Shown: in pieces, positions 28,234 to 39,300 of the stretch
Position numbering within the stretch: the stretch's first letter is position 1
Layout of the letters: every line of letters starts with the position of its first letter
Origin: Promethearchaeota archaeon
Lineage (GTDB): Archaea > Asgardarchaeota > Heimdallarchaeia > Hodarchaeales > Hodarchaeaceae
DNA length: 64,000 bases
NCBI GenBank assembly: GCA_048938105.1
Contig: JBHLMN010000001.1
Location: 416,001-480,000, forward strand
Direction: 5' to 3'
Translations under genes and position numbers: made by a program
The notes under the pieces: model-generated
The model's database searches: none
Told to the model about the DNA's origin: nothing
What the model saw: only the letters and a program-made list of their open reading frames with translations

Positions 28234-29058
28234 ATGTCTAGGATGGAGAAAATTCGACAAGTAATTGTTCGGGATACTCCTGAAAGAGGACTCGATGTCG
28301 TAGCTTCTAATTTGCATGAGAGTCAAACACAAAATATCTCTTTATTCATTCCGGACGAAGAACTTTCTGACTTCAATGAAGTTTTTTTGACTAAATTCCA
28401 ACATCCTTCAGGAAATATTATCCTACGATTCACATTTGATGATGGAATAGACCACTTTGGACGTCAATCAATAAAAACTCACACATTAATCATTGATAGC
28501 TCTTTCTATAATGAAAAAACAGCTCAGTATTTTATCTCACCATTAATAAATGGATCTATGAATATAGAAGATAATAATATTTTAAAACTGAATGATTTTG
28601 AAACACTAGATCCATATCCTATATCTTCGAAATTTGTTGAACTTGTTTTAACCAAGAAGCAAGTTCAATTGATGAGTCAAGAAAAAATAGATCCTTTGAA
28701 TCTTATTCAAATATTTGGAGCTTTAGATCGTGTAATACCTCCCCCGTTAAATCTAACATTTTCTTTTCAAACAATTGTCTCTCCTAGTCATAAAAAAACT
28801 TTAAGGAAACATTCAATAGTTTATTCATTAGAAAAATTACCCCATTCAGAAGTATTCGAACAGATTCAATTGAAGGAATCGGAGTTTACTTCTATTCAAG
28901 CAATATCAAACTGTATTTCAGATCTGTCCTTGCTCAGGCAGCTACAAAAACAGTTATTCCTAGGGATCCCCGAAAAATGGCTAAATCTAAGACTACAATG
29001 GCGTTTTGGGATCAAAAGATTTTCTCATATTCGAGAGAACCTGAATACCTATTTCTAA
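28234..29058 (+). CDS. Hypothetical protein, GAP1-N2/GAP1-M-like (uDENN-like)
   Basis: GLDVVAS, GIDHFGRQSIKTHTLII, PPPLNLTFSFQT; directly downstream of the GTPase. Confidence 0.5.
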   Translation: MSRMEKIRQVIVRDTPERGLDVVASNLHESQTQNISLFIPDEELSDFNEVFLTKFQHPSGNIILRFTFDDGIDHFGRQSIKTHTLIIDSSFYNEKTAQYFISPLINGSMNIEDNNILKLNDFETLDPYPISSKFVELVLTKKQVQLMSQEKIDPLNLIQIFGALDRVIPPPLNLTFSFQTIVSPSHKKTLRKHSIVYSLEKLPHSEVFEQIQLKESEFTSIQAISNCISDLSLLRQLQKQLFLGIPEKWLNLRLQWRFGIKRFSHIRENLNTYF

Positions 29059-29061
29059 CTT

Positions 29062-29277
29062 TTAAGGAATAACTTCTTTATCTTCAAGAATTTTACGAAT
29101 GCAATGAACTACTTCTGGATCAGTATCCTCCAAAACAGCTCTCTTTAAATGATTTTTACTTATTAAAAAATTGTATTTAGCAAGATATTGAGCAGCAAAC
29201 ATCCTTTCGAATTTATCAGGATCCTTCTGCAATTTCTCAATCATTAATTCAACATTTTCTTTTTTTGTCTTTGTCAA
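29062..29277 (-). CDS. Small HEAT-repeat protein
   Basis: LQKDPDKFERMFAAQYLA...EDTDPEVVHCI. Confidence 0.65.
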   Translation of the reverse strand: MTKTKKENVELMIEKLQKDPDKFERMFAAQYLAKYNFLISKNHLKRAVLEDTDPEVVHCIRKILEDKEVIP

Positions 29278-29375
29278 TAGACTCAGTTGAACTGATTCAT
29301 ATTTAAATAAAATAAGTTCTTGTCATGCGAAGGAAATAAGAATCTAAATTCTTACTAGAACGTGCACATATTAAT

Positions 29376-30137
29376 TTGAAGATATCTTGTCTTGTTGGAC
29401 ATAAAGCTCAAAATAAGGTTAGAAATGTGAATCTACAATCATCTTTTTCTACCGAACCCGAAAAAATCGATCACATTTTAACAAGATTATTGCAGGCAAC
29501 AAAAGAACTAAAAGATCCAATAGTGACGAGTATATCTAAAACTCGAAAAGATCCTTTTCTAATACTTATAGCTACTATCTTGAGTTTGAGGACGAAAGAT
29601 GAATTAACATACAAAGCAAGTCAGCTACTCTTTGCCCGAGCAGATACACCTGCTAAAATACTCGCAATTCCTCTTGAGGAACTTGAACAACTCATCTTTT
29701 CTGTAGGTTTTTATCGTCAAAAAGCAAGAACTATTCATGAATTATGTAAAAGACTTATTGATGAATATAATGGTAAAGTTCCTGATTCTCTAAACGAATT
29801 GATAAGTTTTAAAGGTGTGGGTCGCAAAACTGCTAATTTAGTTATTACAAAAGGATTTGACAAACCAGGGATATGTGTTGATGTTCATGTGGCTCGTATT
29901 ACTCAACGAATCGGTATCGTACCAATCAAAGGTGAAAATGACAATAAACCTATCTTTCATAATGCAGATCAGGTTGAAATGATTTTGAGAAAGATTTTAC
30001 CAAAGAAATGGTGGATACCAATTAATGATATTCTAGTGAGGTGGGGACAAAATATATGTACTCCAATCAGTCCTAAATGCAGTCAATGTGTCATTTACGA
30101 CTCCTGTTTGAAAATTGGTGTTCAAAAGCATCGTTAA
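29376..30137 (+). CDS. nth: Endonuclease III (HhH-GPD, 4Fe-4S)
   Basis: PFLILIATILS, GVGRKTAN, VDVHV, CTPISPKCSQCVIYDSC. Confidence 0.95.
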   Translation: MKISCLVGHKAQNKVRNVNLQSSFSTEPEKIDHILTRLLQATKELKDPIVTSISKTRKDPFLILIATILSLRTKDELTYKASQLLFARADTPAKILAIPLEELEQLIFSVGFYRQKARTIHELCKRLIDEYNGKVPDSLNELISFKGVGRKTANLVITKGFDKPGICVDVHVARITQRIGIVPIKGENDNKPIFHNADQVEMILRKILPKKWWIPINDILVRWGQNICTPISPKCSQCVIYDSCLKIGVQKHR

Positions 30138-30163
30138 ATCTGAAAAAAAGTCTAATGTAGAGT

Positions 30164-31321
30164 TCAATAATTTATTTTTGATTGTCTGATAGTCCTATAA
30201 GAACCTGAAACATATTTTTCAGTCTCTAGTCCTCCTCGAAATTGGTTTGTATCAAATCCTTTGCTTCTTGCAATAAAATATGAAAAAAATTCCACTGGAA
30301 TGGTATAAATCAATGGGGATAACACCTCCTTCTTGGGTGTTTTTATAGGTACGAAGTTATAAACTGATGTATCATGCAAGTCTGAGTTTACTAAAACAAT
30401 AGTCTTAGCATTAACTATCTCTCGAATAACTGGCTCAATCTCCATTATGCGATTGAAGGAAGAGATGTCAGGGGCTAAAAATATGACAAGACTATGCTGT
30501 GTTGTTATAAAATAATTAGTGTGACAATATTCCTCTATGTCACACGCGAATCCATTCAAAGAAAATTCATACATTTTATACGCCCCAAACAATCCAGTAG
30601 GAGCATTAGATCCTGAAGAAACAAAAATAATCTTATCTACTAAATTATTTAGGCCATCACTGAGTTTGAGATAAGTTGTTCGCTGATTTAAAGCCCCATT
30701 AACTAATTGGAGAACCTCTTGAAAACGATTAACCCCTTTTTGTAAAGAAAAATGTGATAAGAATTTAATTTGGACTGCAAGATTTGCTAGATAAGTTTTG
30801 GTTTGAGCTATATCATGATGGTATCCTGTATATTCTTTAGCACCTTCAGTAATATATGAGGAAGTTTCCAATGCATCTGGAGGAGACGCATGGATGTAAA
30901 GTGTATGGTTTGCCTCTTTAGCAACCTTACCCTTGGGATTATCAGTGATCCCTAAGATTTCTCCACCATTTTTTTGTGCAAAACGAAGTGCTTCAACTAC
31001 TCTAGGAGTGTTTCCAGAAACTGAAAGAACAATTACAAGGCTTTTATTCAAATATTTGCGATTCAGATAATTTACAAATTCAAATGGAGCGTAATGCTGA
31101 ATGTTCAGGTCAGGTCGCCATTTAGTACCAAGATTCGATCCAAACCAAGCAGCGCAATAGCTATCTCCGGATCCTGTAAAATAGATACGTTTAATATCGC
31201 TTTCTAGCAAAGAATCGGAAATATTCTTAATGTTATTATCATTAAAAATTGAATCAATAATTCTAGGTTGTTCTAACATTTCTGAAAGCATGAAATCAGG
31301 TTTTTCATGAATTTTTGACAT
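30164..31321 (-). CDS. Double SIS-domain sugar-phosphate isomerase/deglycase (GlmS C-terminal/FrlB-like)
   Basis: EMLEQP, TGSGDSY, SVSGNT, TKTY, EEYCH. Confidence 0.85.
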   Translation of the reverse strand: MSKIHEKPDFMLSEMLEQPRIIDSIFNDNNIKNISDSLLESDIKRIYFTGSGDSYCAAWFGSNLGTKWRPDLNIQHYAPFEFVNYLNRKYLNKSLVIVLSVSGNTPRVVEALRFAQKNGGEILGITDNPKGKVAKEANHTLYIHASPPDALETSSYITEGAKEYTGYHHDIAQTKTYLANLAVQIKFLSHFSLQKGVNRFQEVLQLVNGALNQRTTYLKLSDGLNNLVDKIIFVSSGSNAPTGLFGAYKMYEFSLNGFACDIEEYCHTNYFITTQHSLVIFLAPDISSFNRIMEIEPVIREIVNAKTIVLVNSDLHDTSVYNFVPIKTPKKEVLSPLIYTIPVEFFSYFIARSKGFDTNQFRGGLETEKYVSGSYRTIRQSKINY

Positions 31322-31672
31322 AAATTCCTTCCTCTAGTAGAAGAACTTATTCTGATGAAAGTAATTATCATGAATTAAAAGTGAAAAAAGAAGTTTATTA
31401 TTCACTTTCATTACTTCTAAAATAGTTTTAGACACAAAAATTGGTTAATTCATTGACTTTAAATGTGTCTTCCACTGTTTTTACATCACAGAGGGAAACT
31501 TGTCACCAAAATCTATTTTTACGATGTTTATTTTAGTAATATTGTGTCACTTAACCAATTTACAATGTAAAAAATTGTAGAAATTTCATATTTTTGTCTT
31601 GAACTAAATGTTTATATTGCACATTTTTCACAACTTTCACAGTTTTCTCTAATCGATTAAGTAGGGAAGTTC

Positions 31673-32128
31673 ATGATAACTCTAGAGGATTCTATAGAAA
31701 TCCAAACAACACCTGAAAAAGTGTTTGCTGCCTTGATAAGAGTTTTTTCTTCACAAGAGTATTTTAAGAAATGGCATCATGACCATATAAAATGTAGTTG
31801 GATTAAGGGTGAATCATTTGAGGTAGGATCGATTCTTTATGTGGAGGAGTATTTACACGGTAAATTGGGAAAAATGAAATTTCTAGGTACAAATGTGGAA
31901 ATAAACAAAAAAATTGAGTATAAACTCCTATTTCCAACATCAATTATTTGTCCTAAAGGTTCTTTTATAATAGAACCAAAAGAAGGAAGTTCTATCTTTA
32001 CTGCTACCCTTTATTTCAGGTTTGGTAGGTTTTTCCAGAAATTTGCTAAAAGTAGAGTTGAAGCTATTACCAAACATATGAAAGTAGAAGGTGAGAATCT
32101 TAAAAAAATCTTAGAAAATGAAATATGA
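31673..32128 (+). CDS. SRPBCC (START/Bet v1) family protein
   Basis: SIEIQTTPEKVF...W, C-terminal helix ENLKKILE. Confidence 0.8.
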   Translation: MITLEDSIEIQTTPEKVFAALIRVFSSQEYFKKWHHDHIKCSWIKGESFEVGSILYVEEYLHGKLGKMKFLGTNVEINKKIEYKLLFPTSIICPKGSFIIEPKEGSSIFTATLYFRFGRFFQKFAKSRVEAITKHMKVEGENLKKILENEI

Positions 32129-32506
32129 GAAAAATCTAGTTCTCTTAATTCTTTTACACTCAATTGACGCCCATTGACCAATTTGTTCTATAAATTCTAT
32201 CACTTATTTTCAAGAGAGATTTCCATTTGTTTAGAAACCAGAACATTACATAAACCGGTCCAATTTTTATTATATCTACTCGACCTGATATTCAAAGTTT
32301 AAATCCTTCTTATTTCCTTAGTATGTACCGAAGCATATAATTTTCCTGATATAACCAACTTTAAACGAAATTTTTCAAAGCTGAACAACTTAGTTTCCCG
32401 ATATAACATGAAAAATCCTAAATAAATGAAGAATAAAGAAATTCTCGTACGAGAGTAAAATTTGACGATAGTGTTTAAACCATAGGACAATCTTAGTTTA
32501 AAAAAT

Positions 32507-35500
32507 TCAAAAGATATAGTCTTCTAAACCAATATCAATATTCCTTCCTTTCTTAGTTGGTTCTATTAATTCCTTTGCTAATTTCAAAGTTGTTTTAGCT
32601 AATTCTGATCCAAAACCTGGCAGCTGACTTAATTCGGTATCAGTAAGTTTCAATAGCTTAGTTATATCACGAATCCCATGGTCTAACAGAATACGAGCCC
32701 TTTTTCGTCCTATTCCTTTAATTCTGGTTAAACTAACCGCATCACTTTTGATCCCATACTTGACTCTATCACTTAGAGATAAAGCTGCTTTCATTAGGGG
32801 ATGATATTTTTTATTACTTCTTGACTTTAAATGAGCAATTTCAGCTGTTGCAGATATCAACCAAGTAGCAGTTTCTACTATTCGCTGAACATCACCAGAA
32901 CCAATCTTGTACCGCATGATGATTCGTTCAATTGGCAATTCTTTTATCCAATCCCACAAAAACAGAACCGTACGGAAATCACGTAAACGAAACTCATATT
33001 CAATCTCGTGTGCTTTTGGAACATCTCGTACTAATCTAAAGGCGAATCGTTCAAATCTTTTCTCTGTAGTTTTCCAGTCACTCTTACGAAATGACAATGT
33101 AACCATATCAGGGGTACCGACTATTAGATCAAGAAGCGCAACGGGATGGACTTTTGATCGGGACTGTTGAATAGCTCCATTAAGCCCTTCTACTATAGTT
33201 GCTGCGGTTTCGGGATCTAAATAGAGTTGACTAACACGAAGCCCATAAAGGGTGGGTTCAAGAGTTTCATTTACATCAAGCGGTTTAATCATTTCCCATC
33301 CTATAAGAAGATCGACCACTTCCCTGATTTTTCCCTCCAAGAATACTGCTTCAAATTGAAAGCCATAGAAAGTCTTTTCAAAAAAATGTAATAAATCAGG
33401 TATAGTACCAACTACTTTTGAGGCAATTAATCCTAAGACAGCTCTACGTAATGCAGGTTTAGCAGCTAATTTCGAATACACAGCTTCAGGATCACGAAGA
33501 ATATAGCGGTCCATTAGCCAACTTACCGCCCTTGGCTGCTTTGCTAACAAGATCGATTCCCCCTCGTTGTCAAATTGAGGACGCCCAGCTCTTCCGGACA
33601 TTTGTTTGTACTCTAGGGTCTTGATAGGATGAGATCCTTCTTCGATAGAATATCTATAAACACTGGAAACAACAACGCGCTTCGCAGGAAGATTGACACC
33701 TGCAGAATTATGTACAATGAAACCATTAGCCACAAACATATGATCATTACTTGGATTATTCGCTAATACAATATCATATACAGGAGCGTTATTAGGGACA
33801 CTTCTAACTGATCGTACAAAATCCCAAAAAATATCTTTATCAAAATCAGAATCTCTCCATCCCTTTTTCATTGAATACTCAATGGGGTTATTACATAAAG
33901 GACAATTAAGTAATTTAAATACATTATTAAAATTTTTATCTTTTTTAAGTAAGTTTTCAAAGATCCAACATCCAATTGGGTTCAAGCTCCAGAACCACTC
34001 TGTATTACTTATTTTTCCTATTTTTTTCTTCTTAATCAACTCATAATGATGATCTAATCTTCTTTCACCTTTTTTAGGTTCAAATCCAAGCAATTCTTTA
34101 ATTTTTCTCGAACCTAACTCACCTCTATTTCCGAGTAATTTAATAATTTCTAATTTCTTCTTTCCCCACTCTTTTTGTGATTTAGTCCTCCCTGAAAATA
34201 GATCCCTATAGATTTTATATTTGCACCTTAGACATGTAATATAATGTATATTGGATTTAATTTCTGTTACTAATTTCATCAAATCTCGTTGTTTTCTTTG
34301 AACTCCAAACCCAATGGATTCAGAAAATTCAAGAATACATTTTTTTTGAGAAATCAATAGCTCAGAATATTTTTTTGTTCTATATTTCTTATCATGCATT
34401 TTTATGATATTTTCTTTTCTTGGCCTTAAGCTGCATACAATACCAAATCTGAGTAATAATTTTTGAATTTGTTTAACTAATATTTCAGAGGTATTAGAAA
34501 ATCCTATTGACCTACCTTTATTGACATAACCATCTGAATCAAAGAGACCCATCAATAAAGAAGTAATATTCTCATTTTGCATTTCCATGATTTTTTCAGA
34601 AATATATTTTCTTATTGATTTTTCAACTCCACATCGCACTAGAAATGTTCTGAACCATTTATTTTTTCCCATGACGAGTTCAGGAGTTCCATATGAGTTT
34701 ACTTTCCTTTTGAAAGATACATTTAATTTCGTACACACATTCTGACAATATTTTAAGATTTCCTCGTCTGAATTAACAATAGTGGGTGAACCTTTGAAAA
34801 TTATCCTATCTCCAACCGTTTCTGCTCCTGAATAACCATCACCTAGCATAAGTCCAATGAAATAAGCTAAATGAGGATCAAATTCATATGATCCAATATT
34901 TCTGTCACAATTTTGGGTGAAATTATGAATAATGTATTTTTTTGTATTTTTAATTCTTAAATTTCCAATTGTAGCGATTCTATCATTTTTCCGAACTAAA
35001 GCAGCTCGAATAGTTGATTTTTTGTTTTTTCTTTTCACTAACATTTTATGGTTTGGTGTAACTTTGATAGTGTATCCAGAAACAGACGTGATCTCAATTA
35101 AATCTGAATCATTGTTATTGATATTGATTTCCTCAATTGTTAATGGGATTAGGGAGTTATTTTGTAATACAAATGGTCTTGTAGAGGAATCTAATTGTGA
35201 TACTTTAGTTTGGCAAGTTCCGTGCCAGATCATGGTGTCTTCAGCAAGACAAAGTGTTGGTGTAGCGCAAAGAACCTTGACCAATCCTTTTTTGAACGCT
35301 TTTTCAATAAGATCTCGTTGTCGTGAATTGAGTCCTGCATGATGGAAGGTAACTCCACGTTTAATGGTTTCAGCTAACTTTGAAGAAAGAGGGTCAGAAA
35401 GATTAAGAACAATTTGAGAGGAAAGGTCATTTAAGTGCTTTGCATCCCCTGGTTCAATCAATGATTCAATACTTTTGCCAATTCTCTCCGCTGTAGCAAC

Positions 35501-36301
35501 CGCTGACCTTCTTGATGGATTGAAAATGAGTACTTGTTCTTGGGAGTGAACTGAATCAAGTGCAATATTGAGCAATTGATCTTTACGGCGAAAAGGTATT
35601 TCTCGAGAGGAAAAATCTGAATAAGTTATTTGATCCTCAAAAAAAACTCCTTCCTTTAAAGGAACTGGTCTCCAATCGCTTTGAACTAGTTCCGCATTCA
35701 ACCATTCAGCAAGCTCATCTGCATTTCCAATAGTGGCACTCAAAGCTATAATCTGAGAGTGAGAATTTTCAATCAATAATCGAGCTATTAAAATTTCTAA
35801 CGTTGGTCCTCGATGTTGATCATTTAATAAATGACATTCATCAACGATAACCAGGCTGACTTGATCCTTTATCCAGCTGACTTGATGACGTAGAAGGGCA
35901 TCCATTTTTTCATTAGTTGACACTATAATGTCATATCTGGGAAGATAGCTATCCGCTGAATCATAGTCACCAGAGGTAACAGCTACCCGAATTCCTAGAC
36001 TCTCAAACCGTTTCAGATCATTATATTTTTCTGAAGCCAATGCTCGTAATGGACATAGATAAATGGCTTTTCCGTTAAGTTCAATTACATGCTTTAAAGC
36101 TGCTATCTCTGCAAGCAATGTTTTGCCTGCAGCTGTAGGAATAGAAATAACAAAGTTTTTCCCTGTTAATAATCCTTGATTAATAGCTTCTATCTGGGGA
36201 GGATAAAGGTTTTTAATTCCATCTTTTTCAATTATCACTTTTTTAATTCGCTCATCAAGAGCAAGTGACTCAATAAGCATAAATAACCCAGATTGCATCA
36301 A
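32507..36301 (-). CDS. hel308: Ski2-like DNA helicase Hel308/Hjm containing one intein (mature protein about 749 aa)
   Basis: PTAAGKT, DECH, LSAT, FHHAGL, ATPTL|SAGVNLPA, QMSGRAGRP, C-terminal HhH. Confidence 0.93.
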   Translation of the reverse strand: MMQSGLFMLIESLALDERIKKVIIEKDGIKNLYPPQIEAINQGLLTGKNFVISIPTAAGKTLLAEIAALKHVIELNGKAIYLCPLRALASEKYNDLKRFESLGIRVAVTSGDYDSADSYLPRYDIIVSTNEKMDALLRHQVSWIKDQVSLVIVDECHLLNDQHRGPTLEILIARLLIENSHSQIIALSATIGNADELAEWLNAELVQSDWRPVPLKEGVFFEDQITYSDFSSREIPFRRKDQLLNIALDSVHSQEQVLIFNPSRRSAVATAERIGKSIESLIEPGDAKHLNDLSSQIVLNLSDPLSSKLAETIKRGVTFHHAGLNSRQRDLIEKAFKKGLVKVLCATPTLCLAEDTMIWHGTCQTKVSQLDSSTRPFVLQNNSLIPLTIEEININNNDSDLIEITSVSGYTIKVTPNHKMLVKRKNKKSTIRAALVRKNDRIATIGNLRIKNTKKYIIHNFTQNCDRNIGSYEFDPHLAYFIGLMLGDGYSGAETVGDRIIFKGSPTIVNSDEEILKYCQNVCTKLNVSFKRKVNSYGTPELVMGKNKWFRTFLVRCGVEKSIRKYISEKIMEMQNENITSLLMGLFDSDGYVNKGRSIGFSNTSEILVKQIQKLLLRFGIVCSLRPRKENIIKMHDKKYRTKKYSELLISQKKCILEFSESIGFGVQRKQRDLMKLVTEIKSNIHYITCLRCKYKIYRDLFSGRTKSQKEWGKKKLEIIKLLGNRGELGSRKIKELLGFEPKKGERRLDHHYELIKKKKIGKISNTEWFWSLNPIGCWIFENLLKKDKNFNNVFKLLNCPLCNNPIEYSMKKGWRDSDFDKDIFWDFVRSVRSVPNNAPVYDIVLANNPSNDHMFVANGFIVHNSAGVNLPAKRVVVSSVYRYSIEEGSHPIKTLEYKQMSGRAGRPQFDNEGESILLAKQPRAVSWLMDRYILRDPEAVYSKLAAKPALRRAVLGLIASKVVGTIPDLLHFFEKTFYGFQFEAVFLEGKIREVVDLLIGWEMIKPLDVNETLEPTLYGLRVSQLYLDPETAATIVEGLNGAIQQSRSKVHPVALLDLIVGTPDMVTLSFRKSDWKTTEKRFERFAFRLVRDVPKAHEIEYEFRLRDFRTVLFLWDWIKELPIERIIMRYKIGSGDVQRIVETATWLISATAEIAHLKSRSNKKYHPLMKAALSLSDRVKYGIKSDAVSLTRIKGIGRKRARILLDHGIRDITKLLKLTDTELSQLPGFGSELAKTTLKLAKELIEPTKKGRNIDIGLEDYIF
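33707..35251 (-). mobile_element. Intein (515 aa) with LAGLIDADG homing endonuclease in Hel308 motif V
   Basis: Begins CLAEDT, ends FVANGFIVHN before Ser; block B VTPNH; IGLMLGDG and LMGLFDSDG. Confidence 0.93.
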
Positions 36302-36303
36302 TC

Positions 36304-39300
36304 TTATGGCCGTTTAACATATCCTGGCTGGGGTTCAAACAATATTCCACGTCGTGTCATTTCATCTATAGCTTTCACTATTTGATTCTTACTAATACCT
36401 TCCTCCACTGCTTTATCAATTATATCTTTAATCGCCACTGGTTCCTCATCCTCAGCCTCTTCAAACATTCGATCAATCAATGTATCAATCTGATCTAGCC
36501 GACGTCTCGATCTTGCACTCATATCTGACGCATACTTATCAATATCCAATTTCCCTGTTTCAGTATCTTTGGCCAACTTCTCCAACGTAGCATTCATCAA
36601 ATTGACGGCACCAGACGCATCATCGTACGATACTTCATTGGTTAGACGCATTTTAGCTCGCGCCTCGGCTAATCGAACCAATGATTCTAATTGACGAGGA
36701 GTGATTGCTATTGGTTCGAGCTGACCTTCTTCCACTTTCCCACTTGAACGACGTAATTCCTTGTAGTATTCCAAAAGACGTTCCTCAGCCTCATCTGAAA
36801 GGCGAGGATGAATTTCTCGTCTCGCATAAGCAATATACTTACGTAATAAATCCTGTTCAATTGGAGGGCTCGTAGGAAGAGTTTGTGATTTATGAAGTTG
36901 TAGAATATGAGTAGCTAAATCGTGATCTTCTTTTAAATCTGGTTTGTCCTCTAAGACAAAAATTAAATCAAATCGGGATAAAATTGTAGGAGGAAGATTT
37001 AAATTGTCTGCGGTGGCTTTAAAGGGATTCCATCTTCCCCTGCGAGGATTAGCTGCCGCTAAGATTGAGGTTCGAGCGTTGAGGGTGGCTACTATCCCTG
37101 CTTTAGCGATAGATATCGTGTGCTGCTCCATCGCTTCATGGATAGCACTCCGATCTTCAGCACGCATTTTATCGAATTCGTCAACCATCGCGATCCCCTG
37201 ATCAGCCAGAACGAGGGCTCCTGCTTCTAACGTGATTTCTCCTGTGTCTTGGTCTCTAATCACAGCTGCAGTATTATGTGTTACAAACCCATTCACGATA
37301 AAGTTATGTGTTTCAGGGATCGTTAAATCATATACAAACTCATCCTTTGATGATATTATTTCCTCTACTTGAGTGATTTCATCCCACATTATATCTGAAT
37401 CACAAAGTTTCACTAATAAATCATACTTTTTCTTAATTACTTCTTCTTTTTGATTGATAGACCAAATTAGCTCATTAAAATATCTAGTTATCGTATTAGA
37501 GAGAATGATTTCCGTCTCATTCAATATTTTTGCTATTAATCCAATGGGAATCCAGGGGTTTCTATTCTTTCTTATAAAATACTCATAAACCTTATCTTGA
37601 GCAATCTGTGTTTGAGAAGAGTTAAAAAATGTTTTAAGTTCCTTATACAATAGAAACCTCATTTCATTAGGTATTCTAACTTTATGACGCATCCAATTAG
37701 TATCAATTTTCTCAAGAATTGACTTCAATTGTGAACGAGTCATTGCCTTTTTAAGTTGGGAACGAGAAAATGCTCCTTTATAACCAGTTAATTCCCTACT
37801 CGTATATCCATAAAAATTAATAATTGGTTTTAATAAAACTCTCGCTGAAGGTACATTGTCGATATTTCTATGGTCATTTTTCTTAGTTAAACAGTAATTA
37901 TGAAGAATTTCACTCTTTTTGGGATGCCTAAAGCCAATAAATTGCTCAAATATTTTGAAATCAGAATAAGAATTAAATATTAATTCAAATTTCACTTTTT
38001 TACTGATTATTTTTCGTCCAGATTTTGTAGTTACGATTCGTGGCTCTCTTTGTCGAGTATAAGTAATAATACCAAGTGTAAGTAATGCATACCTTATGAA
38101 TTCGATTAGATCTTTACTTGTCGAAGTTATTCCAATTTGAGAGGATCCCTCTTCACGGACGCTTATCCAACCGTCTGAATCAAATAATCCTCTCAAAAAA
38201 TTATGAAGGTACCCTTCAGGATAATATAACAAATCTTTTGTGGGATTGAGAGTGCTGGATTTTGGAGAAGGTGATAAGCCAAATTTTGAAAAAATGTGAT
38301 ATAGTATCCTAGACCAAATTCGGTATTCCATTGGTCTTTCTTCACTTTCTTTCCCTTTATTTACTTTGATAGAAATTTTTTCACAAAATTCATCGAATTC
38401 TTTCAGGATTCTCTCCTCTCGATTAGAAAGGCCAATGCACACGCCCCCATATCTACCCTCTTGGTTATCCTCCAAAACCCTTCCATCTCCAAATATTACT
38501 CCAAGTATATAAAACCAGTTTTTATCTAATCTTTTTGGTAATTTTAACCGTTGTCCTTTCTTAATTTCGACTTCTATTATTTTTGGCAATTGTGTTTCGA
38601 CATTACTTTCAGCTAATTGACATAAATCTTCGAAAAGCTTTAATGAAATATTTCCTAGTCGTTCACTATTCTTCCATCTATATATTGCATCTTTTGCAAC
38701 ACCTAGTTGGTCAGTAATATCTTTGTTTGTCATTAAAGTTTTTTTCTTAATCCTATTATGTAATTTAGTAACAATTTGAGCAACATTTGTTAGGATTATT
38801 TCATTCGGGTAATCCTTAATCAATTCATAAACAGAGGGTACTTCTTTTCTTTCCTTAATTAATAAACAACGAGAAGTTGCTACTCTTTCATTTATCTTTA
38901 TGGTTTTCGCTTGTTTCCAGACTAATCCTTCATCACTCATTGAAAGGAGACTCGTTTCCGGAGTTAATACAATCTCATTTCCTGTTCTAGTACTTATTCT
39001 AAATAATTTTTCAGGATGTTTGATTCGCCATACTCGGGAAATAGGATCTGTGGTTATATTCAGATTTTTTGAATGGTAGGTCCTATAATCAGCTGTTATT
39101 TTCTTATATTCTATTTCTTCAGTATATTTCTCTACTCCACCTTTTTCAAATTCATTATTAACAAAATCAGATATAGATGTGACTCTATCAGTGAGAAAAA
39201 TAGTACTATCTCCAGAAACACATAGCCCTGCCGCGGTACTTCCCTTACCTGTCGTATATAACGCTCGTGGGGCCAATTGGGACACAAATTTAAGAATCTG

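Noticed and set aside
31431-31561. MITE bounded by aaattggttaa/ttaaccaattt
   Set aside because: Only 11 bp in AT-rich DNA, no target-site duplication, and no second copy seen
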